A stretch of DNA of 64,000 nt from Akkermansiaceae bacterium. GTDB taxonomy: Bacteria > Verrucomicrobiota > Verrucomicrobiia > Verrucomicrobiales > Akkermansiaceae. Positions 10,606-20,440 of this stretch are shown one piece after another. The translations under genes and the position numbers were made by a program. Where the stretch lies: positions 352,001 through 416,000 of the forward strand of contig JBPOGF010000001.1 in assembly GCA_051251915.1 (NCBI GenBank), given 5' to 3'. The notes under the pieces were generated by a model that was given only the letters and a program-made list of their open reading frames with translations, ran no database searches and was not told the origin of the DNA. Positions within the stretch are counted from its first letter, which is position 1. Each line of letters begins with the position of its first letter.

Positions 10606-11406
10606 ATGGAGATGATGAAGCCTTTACCGATGCCAGAGAAGACTACTGGGGTGTTGTCGTTTGATTTTGATGGGACGTTGGTTTGTCCGGAGAGTGATCC
10701 GCAGTTGGATCCTCGTTTTTTTGAGGTGATACGAGATTTCCGTGAGGCGGGGTGGGTGTGGGGGATCAATACGGGGAGGTCACAGATGCAGATGTTGTCT
10801 GGGTTTATGGAGGGGAAATTTCCGTTTTTGCCGGATTTCTTGATTGCTCGTGAGCGGGAACTTTACACGCCAGGGGCGATGAATCGGTGGATTCCGGTGG
10901 CGGAGTGGAATAAGAGATCTGATAAGGATCATAAGAGGGTGTATAGGAAGGCGAGGAAAGTGATTCAGTTAATTCAGGGGTATGTGGAGAATGAGACGCA
11001 GGCGAGGTGGGTAAGTGAGCAGGGTGATCCTGCGGGGATTGTGGCGAGTACTGTTGAGGAGATGGCGGGGATTGTGGCGTTTATTGATTCTCAGATAGGG
11101 AAATATAAGGATTTGGGGTATCTGAGGAATACGATCTATCTTAGAATGAGCCATAAGGGGTATCATAAAGGGACGACGCTTGCTGAGGTGGCGAGGCGCT
11201 GTGGGGTGGGGGCTGATCAGGTTTTTGCGATTGGTGATGGGCACAATGATATTGATATGTTGCGGAGGGAGTATGCGGGGATGATCGCTTGTCCGGGGAA
11301 TGCGGATGAGGAGGTGAAGGTGCATGTGCGTGAGCAGGGTGGGTATGTGTGTGATGGGCGGGCTAGTTTGGGGGTTATTGAGGCGTTTGAGCATTTCTTT
11401 GATTAG
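10606..11406 (+). CDS. HAD-superfamily hydrolase, subfamily IIB
   Basis: DFDGT, NTGR, KG, GDGHNDIDML motifs. Confidence 0.92.
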   Translation: MEMMKPLPMPEKTTGVLSFDFDGTLVCPESDPQLDPRFFEVIRDFREAGWVWGINTGRSQMQMLSGFMEGKFPFLPDFLIARERELYTPGAMNRWIPVAEWNKRSDKDHKRVYRKARKVIQLIQGYVENETQARWVSEQGDPAGIVASTVEEMAGIVAFIDSQIGKYKDLGYLRNTIYLRMSHKGYHKGTTLAEVARRCGVGADQVFAIGDGHNDIDMLRREYAGMIACPGNADEEVKVHVREQGGYVCDGRASLGVIEAFEHFFD

Positions 11407-11429
11407 TGGGGTTATAAGGCTAGTGGGGG

Positions 11430-11830
11430 CACCACGAATCTAGGAATGAGTGGAAGATGGGTTGGTGCACGATGGAGATTTTTTGACCACGGAAGGCACG
11501 GTAATTACGGAACTTGGTTGATGGAACAGAACTACGATAAGGGGCTTGGGCTTTGACCTGCGGTGCTGGACCACGAATCTTCACTAATTTTCACGAATGG
11601 TGGACGATGAAGTCTTGGGGTGATGGGTTTTTGAACCGCTGAAGTCGCTGAGTAGCGTTGAACTTGGGTTGATGAGATGGAACTTGGTTGATGGAACGGA
11701 ACTACGATAGGGGGCTTGGGCTTTGATCTGTGCTGCTGGACTACGAATCTTCGCTAATTTTCACGAATAGGTGGATGATGGAACTTTTTTAACAGAATTT
11801 CAGAATTGGGCTGAATTGGGTTGAATTTTA
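11430..11830. repeat. Intergenic modular repeat field including a ~100-nt direct repeat (11509-11609 / 11679-11780)
   Basis: Two copies 170 nt apart with about 9 differences, plus several triplicated 8-10-mer boxes. Confidence 0.9.
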
Positions 11831-11933
11831 CTTGGGTTGATGGGTGGGGTGGTGTGAATTAGAAAAATATCAGTTAGTAGAGCGAATTGTCTTCACAATT
11901 CAGTGGCTGAAATGTTTTCTTAGTGCAGACGGT

Positions 11934-12659
11934 ATGAGCGACACAGAAAATAAATTTAAACGAGTAGTTCTCAAGCTTAGCGGTGAAGCTTTGCGCGAGG
12001 TGGGCAGTCAGGATAATATTTCACCAGAGATCGTCGAACGTATCGCAAAGGAGATATCGGTAGCTCATAAGTTGGGTGTAGAGATCGCTATTGTGGTGGG
12101 TGGAGGTAACTTCTGGAGAGGGGCTAGTGCTTCTGCGAGAGGGATGGATAGGGCGACTGCTGACTATGTGGGGATGATGGCGACGGTGATGAATGCACTT
12201 GCTGTGCAGTCTGCTATTGAGGCTGAGGGTGTGCCTTGTATTGTTCAGTCAGCTATTGAGATGAAGAATGTTGCGGAGCCATTTATCCGACGTAAGGCTT
12301 CTAGGCAGTTGAGCATGAAGACTGTGGTGATTTTTGCTGCGGGGACTGGTAGTCCGTTTTTCTCAACTGACACGACAGCTGCGCTGAGAGCGAGTGAGAT
12401 GGCTGCTAATGCGATACTTAAAGCGACTATGGTGGATGGAGTATATACGGCAGATCCTAAGAAGGATTCGAGTGCTGTTCGTTATGAGACTGTGAGTTAT
12501 GAGACTTGTATTAACGACCAATTAGCGGTGATGGACTCGACTGCATTTTCGCTTTGTATGGATAACAATATTCCGATTATGGTTTTTGATCTGAATGTTC
12601 CTGGAAATATAACGAAGGCGATTTTAGGGCAAGAAATAGGGACTATTGTGAGTCACTAA
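11934..12659 (+). CDS. pyrH: UMP kinase
   Basis: VVLKLSGEAL, VGGGNFWRG, PFFSTDT; ATG at 11934. Confidence 0.98.
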   Translation: MSDTENKFKRVVLKLSGEALREVGSQDNISPEIVERIAKEISVAHKLGVEIAIVVGGGNFWRGASASARGMDRATADYVGMMATVMNALAVQSAIEAEGVPCIVQSAIEMKNVAEPFIRRKASRQLSMKTVVIFAAGTGSPFFSTDTTAALRASEMAANAILKATMVDGVYTADPKKDSSAVRYETVSYETCINDQLAVMDSTAFSLCMDNNIPIMVFDLNVPGNITKAILGQEIGTIVSH

Positions 12660-12704
12660 TTATTTATTATTATTTAAACTAACAGAATCTAACAAATCAT
12701 TATT

Positions 12705-13271
12705 ATGGAACCAAAAGAAGTACTTACAGAACTGGAAATGGCGATGGAATCTGCCATGGAACATATGAACAAGGAGTTCTCATCCGTTAGGACGGGTAAG
12801 GCATCGCCAGCACTTGTAGAGAATGTGATGGTGGATGTGAAGGCGTATGGCACGAAGATGAAGTTGCGTGATCTTGCGATCATCAGCACACCAGAGCCTA
12901 GGCAGATCGTTATACAGCCGCATGATCCGAGTACTGCGGATGATATTGACCGTGGAATTCGTGAGGCGCAGTTGGGATTTAATCCAGTGAATGAGGGTAA
13001 GCTTTTGAGACTTCCTATTCCTGAGCTTAATGAGGAACGCCGTCAGGAGATGGTGAAGCGTGTGAGGGGCATTAGTGAGGATATAAAGATCCGAGTTCGT
13101 GGTGTGAGGAAGGATGGGATGGATTCTGCGAAGAAGATGAAGGATGCTAATGTTCTGACTGAAGATTCTCAGAGAGACTTTGAGGCACAGGTGCAGGAGA
13201 TTACAGATAAGTTTGGCAAGAAGGTGGATGAGGAGTCTGCGGCTAAGGAGAAGGAAGTGATGACTGTCTAA
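12705..13271 (+). CDS. frr: Ribosome recycling factor
   Basis: [21 protein letters not shown]; follows pyrH. Confidence 0.97.
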   Translation: MEPKEVLTELEMAMESAMEHMNKEFSSVRTGKASPALVENVMVDVKAYGTKMKLRDLAIISTPEPRQIVIQPHDPSTADDIDRGIREAQLGFNPVNEGKLLRLPIPELNEERRQEMVKRVRGISEDIKIRVRGVRKDGMDSAKKMKDANVLTEDSQRDFEAQVQEITDKFGKKVDEESAAKEKEVMTV

Positions 13272-13323
13272 AAATAAGACAGAATTCGACGAAATAAATT
13301 TTATACAAGTATCTCTAAAGAAT

Positions 13324-14286
13324 ATGGAAAATGTAATTATTATTGGAACTGGCCCTGCTGGTTACACCGCCGCAATTTATTCTGCACGTGCAGATTTGAC
13401 TCCGCTTATCTTGACTGGTTCACAGCCGGGTGGGCAACTTACTACCACGACTGATGTGGAGAACTTTCCTGGATTCCCTGATGGGATCATGGGGCCTGAG
13501 CTGATGCAGAAAATGCAGCAACAGGCTGAGCGCTTTGGTGCTAGAGTGGAAAATGGGATAGCTGTTACGAGCATTGAGCAGAATGAGGATAAGACCTTTG
13601 CGGTGCATGCTCATAATGTCTTTTCTCCGGACGATGTGAAGACTTATCAGACTAAGACGGTGATCATCGCTTCTGGTGCTTCTGCTAGGTATCTGGGTCT
13701 TCCTGGTGAGGAAGAGTTGGTGAAATCAGGAGCTGGGCTAACTGCTTGTGCGACATGTGATGGGGCGTTTTATAGAGATGTTCCTGTTTGTGTGATCGGA
13801 GGTGGTGACTCTGCTGCTGAGGAGGCTACGTTCCTGACTAAGTTTGCTAGTAAGGTGTATTTGATTCACCGTCGTGAAGAGCTGCGAGCTTCTAAGATTA
13901 TGGCTGCGCGTGCGCTTGCTAATGAGAAGATTGAGCCGGTTTGGAACTCGGGTGTGATTGATTATATTCTTGATGATAATAAGCGCATTAAGGCTGTGAA
14001 GCTTGAGAATACGGTTGATGGAACTGTTTCTGAGCTAGAGCTAGAGGGTGTGTTTATGGCGATTGGTCATACACCGAATACGAGTTTTGTGAGCAAGGAG
14101 CTGGTTGATCTGGATGAGTCTGGGTATATTTTACAGATTCCAGGTAAGACAGCGACTAAGACACCGGGGATCTATGCTGCGGGTGACGTGGCTGATACGG
14201 TTTATAGACAGGGTATCACTGCTGCAGGTCAGGGGTGTGCAGCGGCTTTGGAAGCTGAGCATTACTTGGCTAACATAGAGGGGTAG
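13324..14286 (+). CDS. trxB: Thioredoxin-disulfide reductase
   Basis: GTGPAG, CATCDG, GGGDSA, HRR, AAGDV. Confidence 0.97.
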   Translation: MENVIIIGTGPAGYTAAIYSARADLTPLILTGSQPGGQLTTTTDVENFPGFPDGIMGPELMQKMQQQAERFGARVENGIAVTSIEQNEDKTFAVHAHNVFSPDDVKTYQTKTVIIASGASARYLGLPGEEELVKSGAGLTACATCDGAFYRDVPVCVIGGGDSAAEEATFLTKFASKVYLIHRREELRASKIMAARALANEKIEPVWNSGVIDYILDDNKRIKAVKLENTVDGTVSELELEGVFMAIGHTPNTSFVSKELVDLDESGYILQIPGKTATKTPGIYAAGDVADTVYRQGITAAGQGCAAALEAEHYLANIEG

Positions 14287-14311
14287 TTGATCTAAGAGTC
14301 TAACAAATTTC

Positions 14312-14354
14312 AAATCCTAGGGGTTCACTGCGGTGGGTTTCTAGGATTTTTTTT
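14312..14354 (+). terminator. Rho-independent terminator after trxB
   Basis: aaatcctaggggttcac / gtgggtttctaggattt stem followed by T-tract. Confidence 0.85.
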
Positions 14355-14367
14355 GTGGCTTTGGTGA

Positions 14368-14421
14368 TGACCTGCGGTGCTGTTGACCACGGAAGGCACA
14401 GAATAGACGGAACTTGGGTTG
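14368..14421. repeat. Dispersed copy of modules from the 11.5-kb repeat field
   Basis: tgacctgcggtgctg = 11554-11568; ttgaccacggaaggcac = 11483-11499. Confidence 0.85.
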
Positions 14422-14454
14422 TTTTCTTGGGTTGATGCGGACGCGGCGTTCGCG

Positions 14455-15177
14455 TTATTGAATTTTTTTGAGGGGGATGGTGTTGGGGTAGTTTTTGTAG
14501 TTGATGTCGATGTAGTGCCACCATTCTGCGGGGAGGGGGTGGAAGCCGGATTTGTGCATGGCGTATTGGAGGAGTTTGAGGTTTTTGGCGAGGGTGGGGT
14601 CTGAGTGGTTGAAGTAGGAGTGGGCTTGGGGGGTGAAGGAGTCGAAGCCGGTGGGCATGGGGGCGGGTTTGCCGGATTTGGTGACGAGGGTGATGTCTAC
14701 TGCGGTGCCGCAGGAGTGCTGGGATGGGGAGTTTCCGGGGTTGGCTACAAATTCATCATTTCTGCCTGAGGCTTCGTAGAGATTCCACTGGGCTGATGGT
14801 GGGCGGTAGGCGTCCCAGACTTTGATGCGGAGGTCGAATTGTTTAACTATGTCGTTGGCGTGCTTGAGACGGAGGGCTGTTTCTGGTCTGAGGAGGGCGG
14901 GGAATTTCTCAGGGTAGAGGGGGGATTTTGCGACGGTGGTGGGGCGGGTGTATTGGAGATCGATGAGGATGGTGGGATCGACTTCGGTGATGGAGATGAG
15001 GTTGGCGGCGGCGTATTTTGGGTTGTTAGAGATGGGGAGCTCTGCGTCTGTGTATTGTGGTGGGGTGACGGGGCCGATGGGGGGGACTGGTTTGTTTGAT
15101 GTGGTGGGGGCGCAGTAGCAGATGGTGAGGCAGATGAGTGGGAGTGCGAGGGTGATGAGGTGGTGCGGGAGTTTCAT
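14455..15177 (-). CDS. D-Ala-D-Ala dipeptidase (M15D, VanX/DdpX-like), exported or lipoprotein
   Basis: WDAYRP, SQHSCGTAVD, EWWH; N-terminal signal with Cys. Confidence 0.9.
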   Translation of the reverse strand: MKLPHHLITLALPLICLTICYCAPTTSNKPVPPIGPVTPPQYTDAELPISNNPKYAAANLISITEVDPTILIDLQYTRPTTVAKSPLYPEKFPALLRPETALRLKHANDIVKQFDLRIKVWDAYRPPSAQWNLYEASGRNDEFVANPGNSPSQHSCGTAVDITLVTKSGKPAPMPTGFDSFTPQAHSYFNHSDPTLAKNLKLLQYAMHKSGFHPLPAEWWHYIDINYKNYPNTIPLKKIQ

Positions 15178-15180
15178 GTA

Positions 15181-15735
15181 TTATGCTGATGGGGAGGAGG
15201 GATGGAGCCTGCCGTTGATGGCGGTTTCTAGTAGTGGGTAGTTGGCTTTTCCGATGGGTCTGAGGCTGGAGACGATGCCGCCGGTTTCTTCTTTGTTGTA
15301 GTGGAGGGTCATGAGATGATCATTGAATTCTGCATGATCTATGTCTGACCAGAAGATGACTTGGAGGTTTTTCTGGGGTTTCCAGAAGGGGAAGAGTTCG
15401 ACGCCCATGGGGGTGAGTATGATGTATGCGTGGCGGACGCAGTGGACGCCGATACGGAAGAAGATGGCAGCAGGGATGAGTGGGATGAGGGAGAAATACC
15501 AGTAGGCTTTGAAGTCTGCGTGCCAGGGGCCCCAGTTTATGAATTCGTTGAAGAGGGTGCCGATGGCGATCATGGTGCAGATGACTCCGAGGAAGAAGAA
15601 GGTGGAGGCTTGGGCGGCGCGGGTGAAGCGGATTTCTTTTTCTGGTTCGGCGACGGGTTTGACAGGGGAGTCTAGGATGCGTTTGAGGGGGCCTGCTCCG
15701 TCACGTGGGTCAATGGGGTGATTTGATTCTGGCAT
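15181..15735 (-). CDS. Hypothetical two-TM membrane protein
   Basis: Two hydrophobic helices plus a soluble C-domain; codon usage typical of minus-strand genes. Confidence 0.75.
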   Translation of the reverse strand: MPESNHPIDPRDGAGPLKRILDSPVKPVAEPEKEIRFTRAAQASTFFFLGVICTMIAIGTLFNEFINWGPWHADFKAYWYFSLIPLIPAAIFFRIGVHCVRHAYIILTPMGVELFPFWKPQKNLQVIFWSDIDHAEFNDHLMTLHYNKEETGGIVSSLRPIGKANYPLLETAINGRLHPSSPSA

Positions 15736-15770
15736 GTGTTATAGCTTGGTATGGTGACGCTGGTTTTTGT

Positions 15771-16547
15771 TCAAATCTTTGTGGCGGTGATGGTGAGGAT
15801 GTGGGCGTCTGGGTGGGGGGCTTTGTCTGGTTCTAGGTCGGTGATGAGCTGGTTTGCTTTCCAGCCGGTGGCGGCTAGGATGAGCTGGAGCTCGGGGTAG
15901 CTGTACCATTGAATTTCTTGGGAGGAGCGGTGTTGTTGTTTTTGGCCGCTGGGGTGGGTGACGGTGTATTGGTGCTTGCGGCTGAGAGTTTGGCGGAGGC
16001 GGTTGATTGTGAATTTGGTTTTGCACTGGGCTTTGGCTTTACCGTCGTCGCCGAGGTTGGCTTCGTGGTCTAGGTACCAGTCGCTTTCTGGGAGTTCGCC
16101 GGCGATTTCTGCCCAGGGGATGAAGAGGGTGAGGTAGAGTTTGGCGTCTGGGGTGGTGTAGGTGTGGGCTTGGGTGAGGAGTTTTTGGAAATTTTCTCTG
16201 GTGAGGAGCTGGGCGGTGAAGGCGGGGATGGAGACTCTTTGGTATTTCTTGTCGTCTAGGTTCAGGTCGACGATGTCAGCGGTGTGGATGGTTTGTTGAG
16301 CGAGCTTGGAGGTAAGGTTTTGTTGCTGGGCATTGGAGTGTAGAAGCTGGACCATTTCTGGGGAGATTTCTACGCCGTCTATGGGGGTGCCATTTTCTAG
16401 GAGTGGAAGGAGGAGACGTCCTGAGCCGCAGCCTATTTCTAGGCTGGGTTTCTTGTCGTGAAATTTCTCTAATAGTGGGAGTTCAGAGATGATGTCTTCT
16501 TGCTCCCAAAAGGTGTCGTGGAGCTTGGCTTCTAGGTCGGTGTACAT
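15771..16547 (-). CDS. Class I SAM-dependent methyltransferase
   Basis: LEIGCGSGR, GVEISPEM. Confidence 0.9.
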   Translation of the reverse strand: MYTDLEAKLHDTFWEQEDIISELPLLEKFHDKKPSLEIGCGSGRLLLPLLENGTPIDGVEISPEMVQLLHSNAQQQNLTSKLAQQTIHTADIVDLNLDDKKYQRVSIPAFTAQLLTRENFQKLLTQAHTYTTPDAKLYLTLFIPWAEIAGELPESDWYLDHEANLGDDGKAKAQCKTKFTINRLRQTLSRKHQYTVTHPSGQKQQHRSSQEIQWYSYPELQLILAATGWKANQLITDLEPDKAPHPDAHILTITATKI

Positions 16548-16565
16548 TAGAGGTAAGTTTTTCTG

Positions 16566-18461
16566 TTAGACTTTGCTGAGGTCTGGGGCTGTGGGTTTTT
16601 TGGATAGTGGTTCAGGGTCTTCTGGGAAGACTAGGGCGTAGATGGTGTTACCAGGGGTGACTTTTTTGAGATCTTCTTCGGCTGGGCGTAGTCCTTTGTC
16701 TTCGCTGTTAAGGAAGAGTATGATGGCGTCTGGGTTGGCTTCGGTGAAGTGTTGGAAGGTGTATTGTTCTGAGATGCTGGTTTTCTTGACGATGGCACCT
16801 TTTAGTACGAGACGTTCTAGCTTTTTACGGTTTGGTCTGCCGGTGAACATGATGCGTCCTCGTTGGTGAGAGGCTACGGAGTTGGTGTGGTGTTCTTTGT
16901 CATCGAGTGGGGCAACTTGCCAGATTTCTGCGCTGCCGAAGATGTGGGTGAATTCTTTGGCGGCTAGGCTGTTGACTTCGTCGTTGTTGGTGGCGGCGAC
17001 GAGCTGACCGATGCCTGTGAGGTCTAGTTCTTCTTCGACGTATTCTGAGAGGATGTTAGCGCGTTTGGCGGGGATGCCAGCTAAGGAGGCGGCTGCTACG
17101 TTTGAGAAGTTGGTGTCGAGCATGAGTACGTCATGGCCGTCGTCATGGAGGGTTTTGGCGATGAGTCTGGTCCAGGTGTTGGCTCCGGCGAAGAGGATGC
17201 CGCGTGGGTTTTTGGTGGCGAGTCCTAGTTTGTTAGCGAGTGGGGCGGCGAGGAGACCGTAGAATGCTACTGTGCCGACGATGACGATGAAGGTAAGTAG
17301 GACGAGGTTTTCTGCTTGCTGGGCGACTTCTGCTGGGACTTGGCCTTCTGCTGCGGCGTGGGTGAGCTCTAGGGCGAAGATGGATGTGACGGCGGCTGCA
17401 ACGATTCCTCTGGGAGCTAGTGATGCGAGGAAGATCTGCTCTTTAAAGGTTGTTTTATTTGAGAATAAGTTGGCTCCGAAGATGGAGAGTGGGCGGACTA
17501 CAAGGATGAGTAGTGCGAGTAGGATGAGTCCTTGGGTGAGGGTTTCTGAGGTGAGGGTCTCTGTATTCACACGGCCGGAGAGGACGAGGAATAGGAGGGA
17601 TATGATGAGGACTCTGAGGTGTTCCTTGAACTCTAGGATGTGTTTGACTGAGACGGCTTTTTGGTTAGCGAGGGCGATGCCCATGACGGTGACTGTAAGG
17701 AGTCCTGACTCGTGAACGACTGCATTGGATGCTGAGAATGCGATGGCGATGACTGATATCATGAAGACGGAGTGGAGGAAGTCTGGGATGTAGTGTTTCT
17801 TGAGTGCGAATTCGACTGCCTTGGCGAGGACGAATGCGAAGCCGACGCCTACTACGAGGGTTTTTAGGAGTGAGGTGATGACGGCGGTTCTTGCTGAGTC
17901 CCAGTCACCAGCGATGGCAGCTTGGAAGATGAGGACGGCCATGATGGCACCGATGGGGTCGACTACGATGCCTTCCCATTTGACGATGGAGCCAACTTTA
18001 CGAGATGGCTTGATGTGTCTGATGAGTGGTGCGATGACTGTGGGGCCGGTGACGACGAGGATGGAGCCTAGGATGCCTGCGACGCGCCAATTCCACTGGA
18101 ATATATAGATTCCGATGGCGGTGGTGAGGACGAAGGCGATGAGGACACCTATGGTACAAAGCCGGAATACGGGTGCACCGCTTTCTTTGAGTTCGGAAAA
18201 TTTGAGCGTGAGTCCGCCTTCGAAGAGGATGAGGGCAACTGATAGTCCGACTACGGGGAGTAGGAGGGAGTTGCCTAGGTCTTCATTTAGGAAGTCGTTG
18301 ATACTGATGCTGAAGAGGAGCTGGGCACCGAAACCGAATGCGAGGAGGAGGAGGATGGAGGGGAGCTTGAAACGCCATGCGGACCATTGAGCTAATATTC
18401 CGAGGCCTAGGATGATGGTGAGGTAGGTGCCGAATGAGATACCTGTGAAATCGTGAATCAT
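16566..18461 (-). CDS. CPA1/NhaP-type cation:proton antiporter with C-terminal RCK-like domain
   Basis: ILFEGGL, VTGPTV, WEGIVVDPIG, APRGIVAAA. Confidence 0.92.
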   Translation of the reverse strand: MIHDFTGISFGTYLTIILGLGILAQWSAWRFKLPSILLLLAFGFGAQLLFSISINDFLNEDLGNSLLLPVVGLSVALILFEGGLTLKFSELKESGAPVFRLCTIGVLIAFVLTTAIGIYIFQWNWRVAGILGSILVVTGPTVIAPLIRHIKPSRKVGSIVKWEGIVVDPIGAIMAVLIFQAAIAGDWDSARTAVITSLLKTLVVGVGFAFVLAKAVEFALKKHYIPDFLHSVFMISVIAIAFSASNAVVHESGLLTVTVMGIALANQKAVSVKHILEFKEHLRVLIISLLFLVLSGRVNTETLTSETLTQGLILLALLILVVRPLSIFGANLFSNKTTFKEQIFLASLAPRGIVAAAVTSIFALELTHAAAEGQVPAEVAQQAENLVLLTFIVIVGTVAFYGLLAAPLANKLGLATKNPRGILFAGANTWTRLIAKTLHDDGHDVLMLDTNFSNVAAASLAGIPAKRANILSEYVEEELDLTGIGQLVAATNNDEVNSLAAKEFTHIFGSAEIWQVAPLDDKEHHTNSVASHQRGRIMFTGRPNRKKLERLVLKGAIVKKTSISEQYTFQHFTEANPDAIILFLNSEDKGLRPAEEDLKKVTPGNTIYALVFPEDPEPLSKKPTAPDLSKV

Positions 18462-18512
18462 AAATTATGTTGGGTGGATGGTGTGTAGGAAAGTTTTGTG
18501 TTTGTTCTGCGT

Positions 18513-19514
18513 TTATTCAGCTTTTGGATCTCTTGTGAGGAGTTCTTGGAGTGCTTGGGTGGCAGGTTTGTTTTGGTAGAGGACTTGGTAAACGGCGTCT
18601 AGGATGGGGGTGTCGATGTCGGTTTCTCTGGCGGCTTCGTAGATTGAGAGGGTGTTAGGGACGCCTTCGGCTACCATTCCGAGTTGGTCTGTGGCTTGCT
18701 TGATGCTGAGGCCTTGGCCTAGAGCTTTGCCTACGCGGTTGTTGCGTGAGTGTGGGGAGTAGCAGGTGGTCATGAGGTCTCCCATTCCGGAGAGGCCCAT
18801 GAAGGTGTCTGGCTGGCCGCCGAGGGCGATGCCGAGGCGGGTCATTTCTGCTAGTCCTCGGGTGACTAGTGCGGCGATAGCGTTGTCGCCGAGGCCGATG
18901 CCTGAGGCGATGCCTGCGGCGATGGCGAAGACGTTTTTGAGAGCTCCGCCTAGTTCCATGCCTGCGACATCATGAGATGTGTAGGTGCGGAAGTTTGCGG
19001 TGGAGAACATTTCTTGGAGGCTGGCGGTAAGTTTTTTATCGATGCTTCCTACTACTGTGCAGGTGGCTAGGTACTCGGCAACTTCTTCGGCGTGATTTGG
19101 TCCGGAGATGACTGCGATGGGGTTTTTGGGGAGGGCTTGGTAGATGATGTTGCTCATGCGTGCGCCGGTGCCGCGCTCGATTCCTTTGGCACAGGAGATG
19201 AGTGGGACGTTTGGTGAAATCCCGATTTTGGCTAGCTGGTGGGCTGTTTCTCTGGTGGCTGAAGTGGGGATGACGAAGAGGATGATTTCTGCGGTTTTGG
19301 CTTCTTTGAGTTCTGTGGTGCAGCGGATATTTTTAGGGAGGCTGACTTTTGGCAAGTACTTGCGGTTGGTGTGCTGGGTGTTTATTTCTTCGGCTTGCTC
19401 TTGTGATCTGCCAACGAGGACGACGTCTTTGAAGTGCTCGGATAGGACGACGGCGAGGGCTGTTCCCCAGGAGCCAGATCCTAGGATGACGGCTTTAGTG
19501 GTGGGTGAGGACAT
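18513..19514 (-). CDS. gpsA: NAD(P)H-dependent glycerol-3-phosphate dehydrogenase
   Basis: GSGSWGTALA, SGPNHAEE, GALKNV, GDL..TC.S.HSRN. Confidence 0.97.
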   Translation of the reverse strand: MSSPTTKAVILGSGSWGTALAVVLSEHFKDVVLVGRSQEQAEEINTQHTNRKYLPKVSLPKNIRCTTELKEAKTAEIILFVIPTSATRETAHQLAKIGISPNVPLISCAKGIERGTGARMSNIIYQALPKNPIAVISGPNHAEEVAEYLATCTVVGSIDKKLTASLQEMFSTANFRTYTSHDVAGMELGGALKNVFAIAAGIASGIGLGDNAIAALVTRGLAEMTRLGIALGGQPDTFMGLSGMGDLMTTCYSPHSRNNRVGKALGQGLSIKQATDQLGMVAEGVPNTLSIYEAARETDIDTPILDAVYQVLYQNKPATQALQELLTRDPKAE

Positions 19515-19518
19515 GTGA

Positions 19519-20226
19519 TTAGGCTTTCTTTTTATTTTTAGGGGTGAATTTATTTTCTTCTCCGGCGAGGAGTTTCTTGATGTTAGAGCGGTGCTTCCAG
19601 ATGGCCATGATGGCGATGAAGACGGCGAAGATAAGGAGTGGTTTGTTCCAGGTCCCTGCGGCGAGTTTGCCGTGTGACCATGATCCGTAGAGGACGAGTA
19701 GTGGTAGTGATGCGGCGGCTACGATGCTGGCGAGTGAAACGTAGCGGCTGATCTTAAAGGTGATGAAGAAGATGGCGATGAGGAGGAGGAAGGCGAATGG
19801 CATGAGGGGGAGGAGGACACCTGCTGAGGTGGCGATGCCTTTGCCGCCTTTGAAGTTTACCCATGGCGAGTAGTTGTGGCCGAGGATGGCGCAGAGGCCG
19901 GTGAAGACTTGGAGGGCTTGGGCTTTGAATTGGTTGTCGCCTAGGTTGATGGCGTGTTCGCGGAGGAAGCCGATGGTCATGGTTTCGTCTGCGCCGGTGA
20001 ATTTGTAGAGGTTGTAGGCGAGTAGTGTGGGGATGAGGCCTTTGAGGAAGTCTAGGAAGAAGCAGGTGATTCCGAATTTTTTGCCTACGATGCGGAGGAC
20101 GTTGGTGGCGCCGATGTTGCCGGAGCCGTGTTCGCGGATGTTGATGCCTTGAGATTTAGCGATGAGTAGGCCGAAGGGGATGGAGCCTAGGAGGAATGCG
20201 ATAATTGGAAACAGCCAGATGTTCAT
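19519..20226 (-). CDS. plsY: Glycerol-3-phosphate acyltransferase
   Basis: GSGNIGATN, DFLKG, GH...F.GGKGIAT, HRSNI. Confidence 0.97.
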   Translation of the reverse strand: MNIWLFPIIAFLLGSIPFGLLIAKSQGINIREHGSGNIGATNVLRIVGKKFGITCFFLDFLKGLIPTLLAYNLYKFTGADETMTIGFLREHAINLGDNQFKAQALQVFTGLCAILGHNYSPWVNFKGGKGIATSAGVLLPLMPFAFLLLIAIFFITFKISRYVSLASIVAAASLPLLVLYGSWSHGKLAAGTWNKPLLIFAVFIAIMAIWKHRSNIKKLLAGEENKFTPKNKKKA

Positions 20227-20302
20227 ATGTTAGTTCGATGTGTGTGTGGGAGGAGTGGCGGAAGTTTAGGTGAGTCTTTAGGGATGTCAATACGTGGTGG
20301 TT

Positions 20303-20372
20303 GGTTATTGGGTTATTGGTTATTTGGATATTGGGGGGTGTTGCAGGTGTGGGCGAGACGGGCACGCTCCTG
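20303..20372. repeat. Heptamer (ggttatt) array plus REP-like half-site
   Basis: ggttatt x3-4; gggcgagacgggcacgctcc resembles the 33.28-kb arm. Confidence 0.6.
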
Positions 20373-20440
20373 TTTTGGGTGAGGGGTGTGTTTTTGATTA
20401 ATAATTTGAGCGATATTAAGTTTGTTCTGTCTTAGTTGTT

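Noticed and set aside
11430..11830. CRISPR array
   Set aside because: No constant repeat with unique equal-length spacers; no cas genes in the window
14455..15177. Vancomycin-resistance vanX
   Set aside because: No van cluster; exported M15D peptidases are ordinary in Gram-negative bacteria
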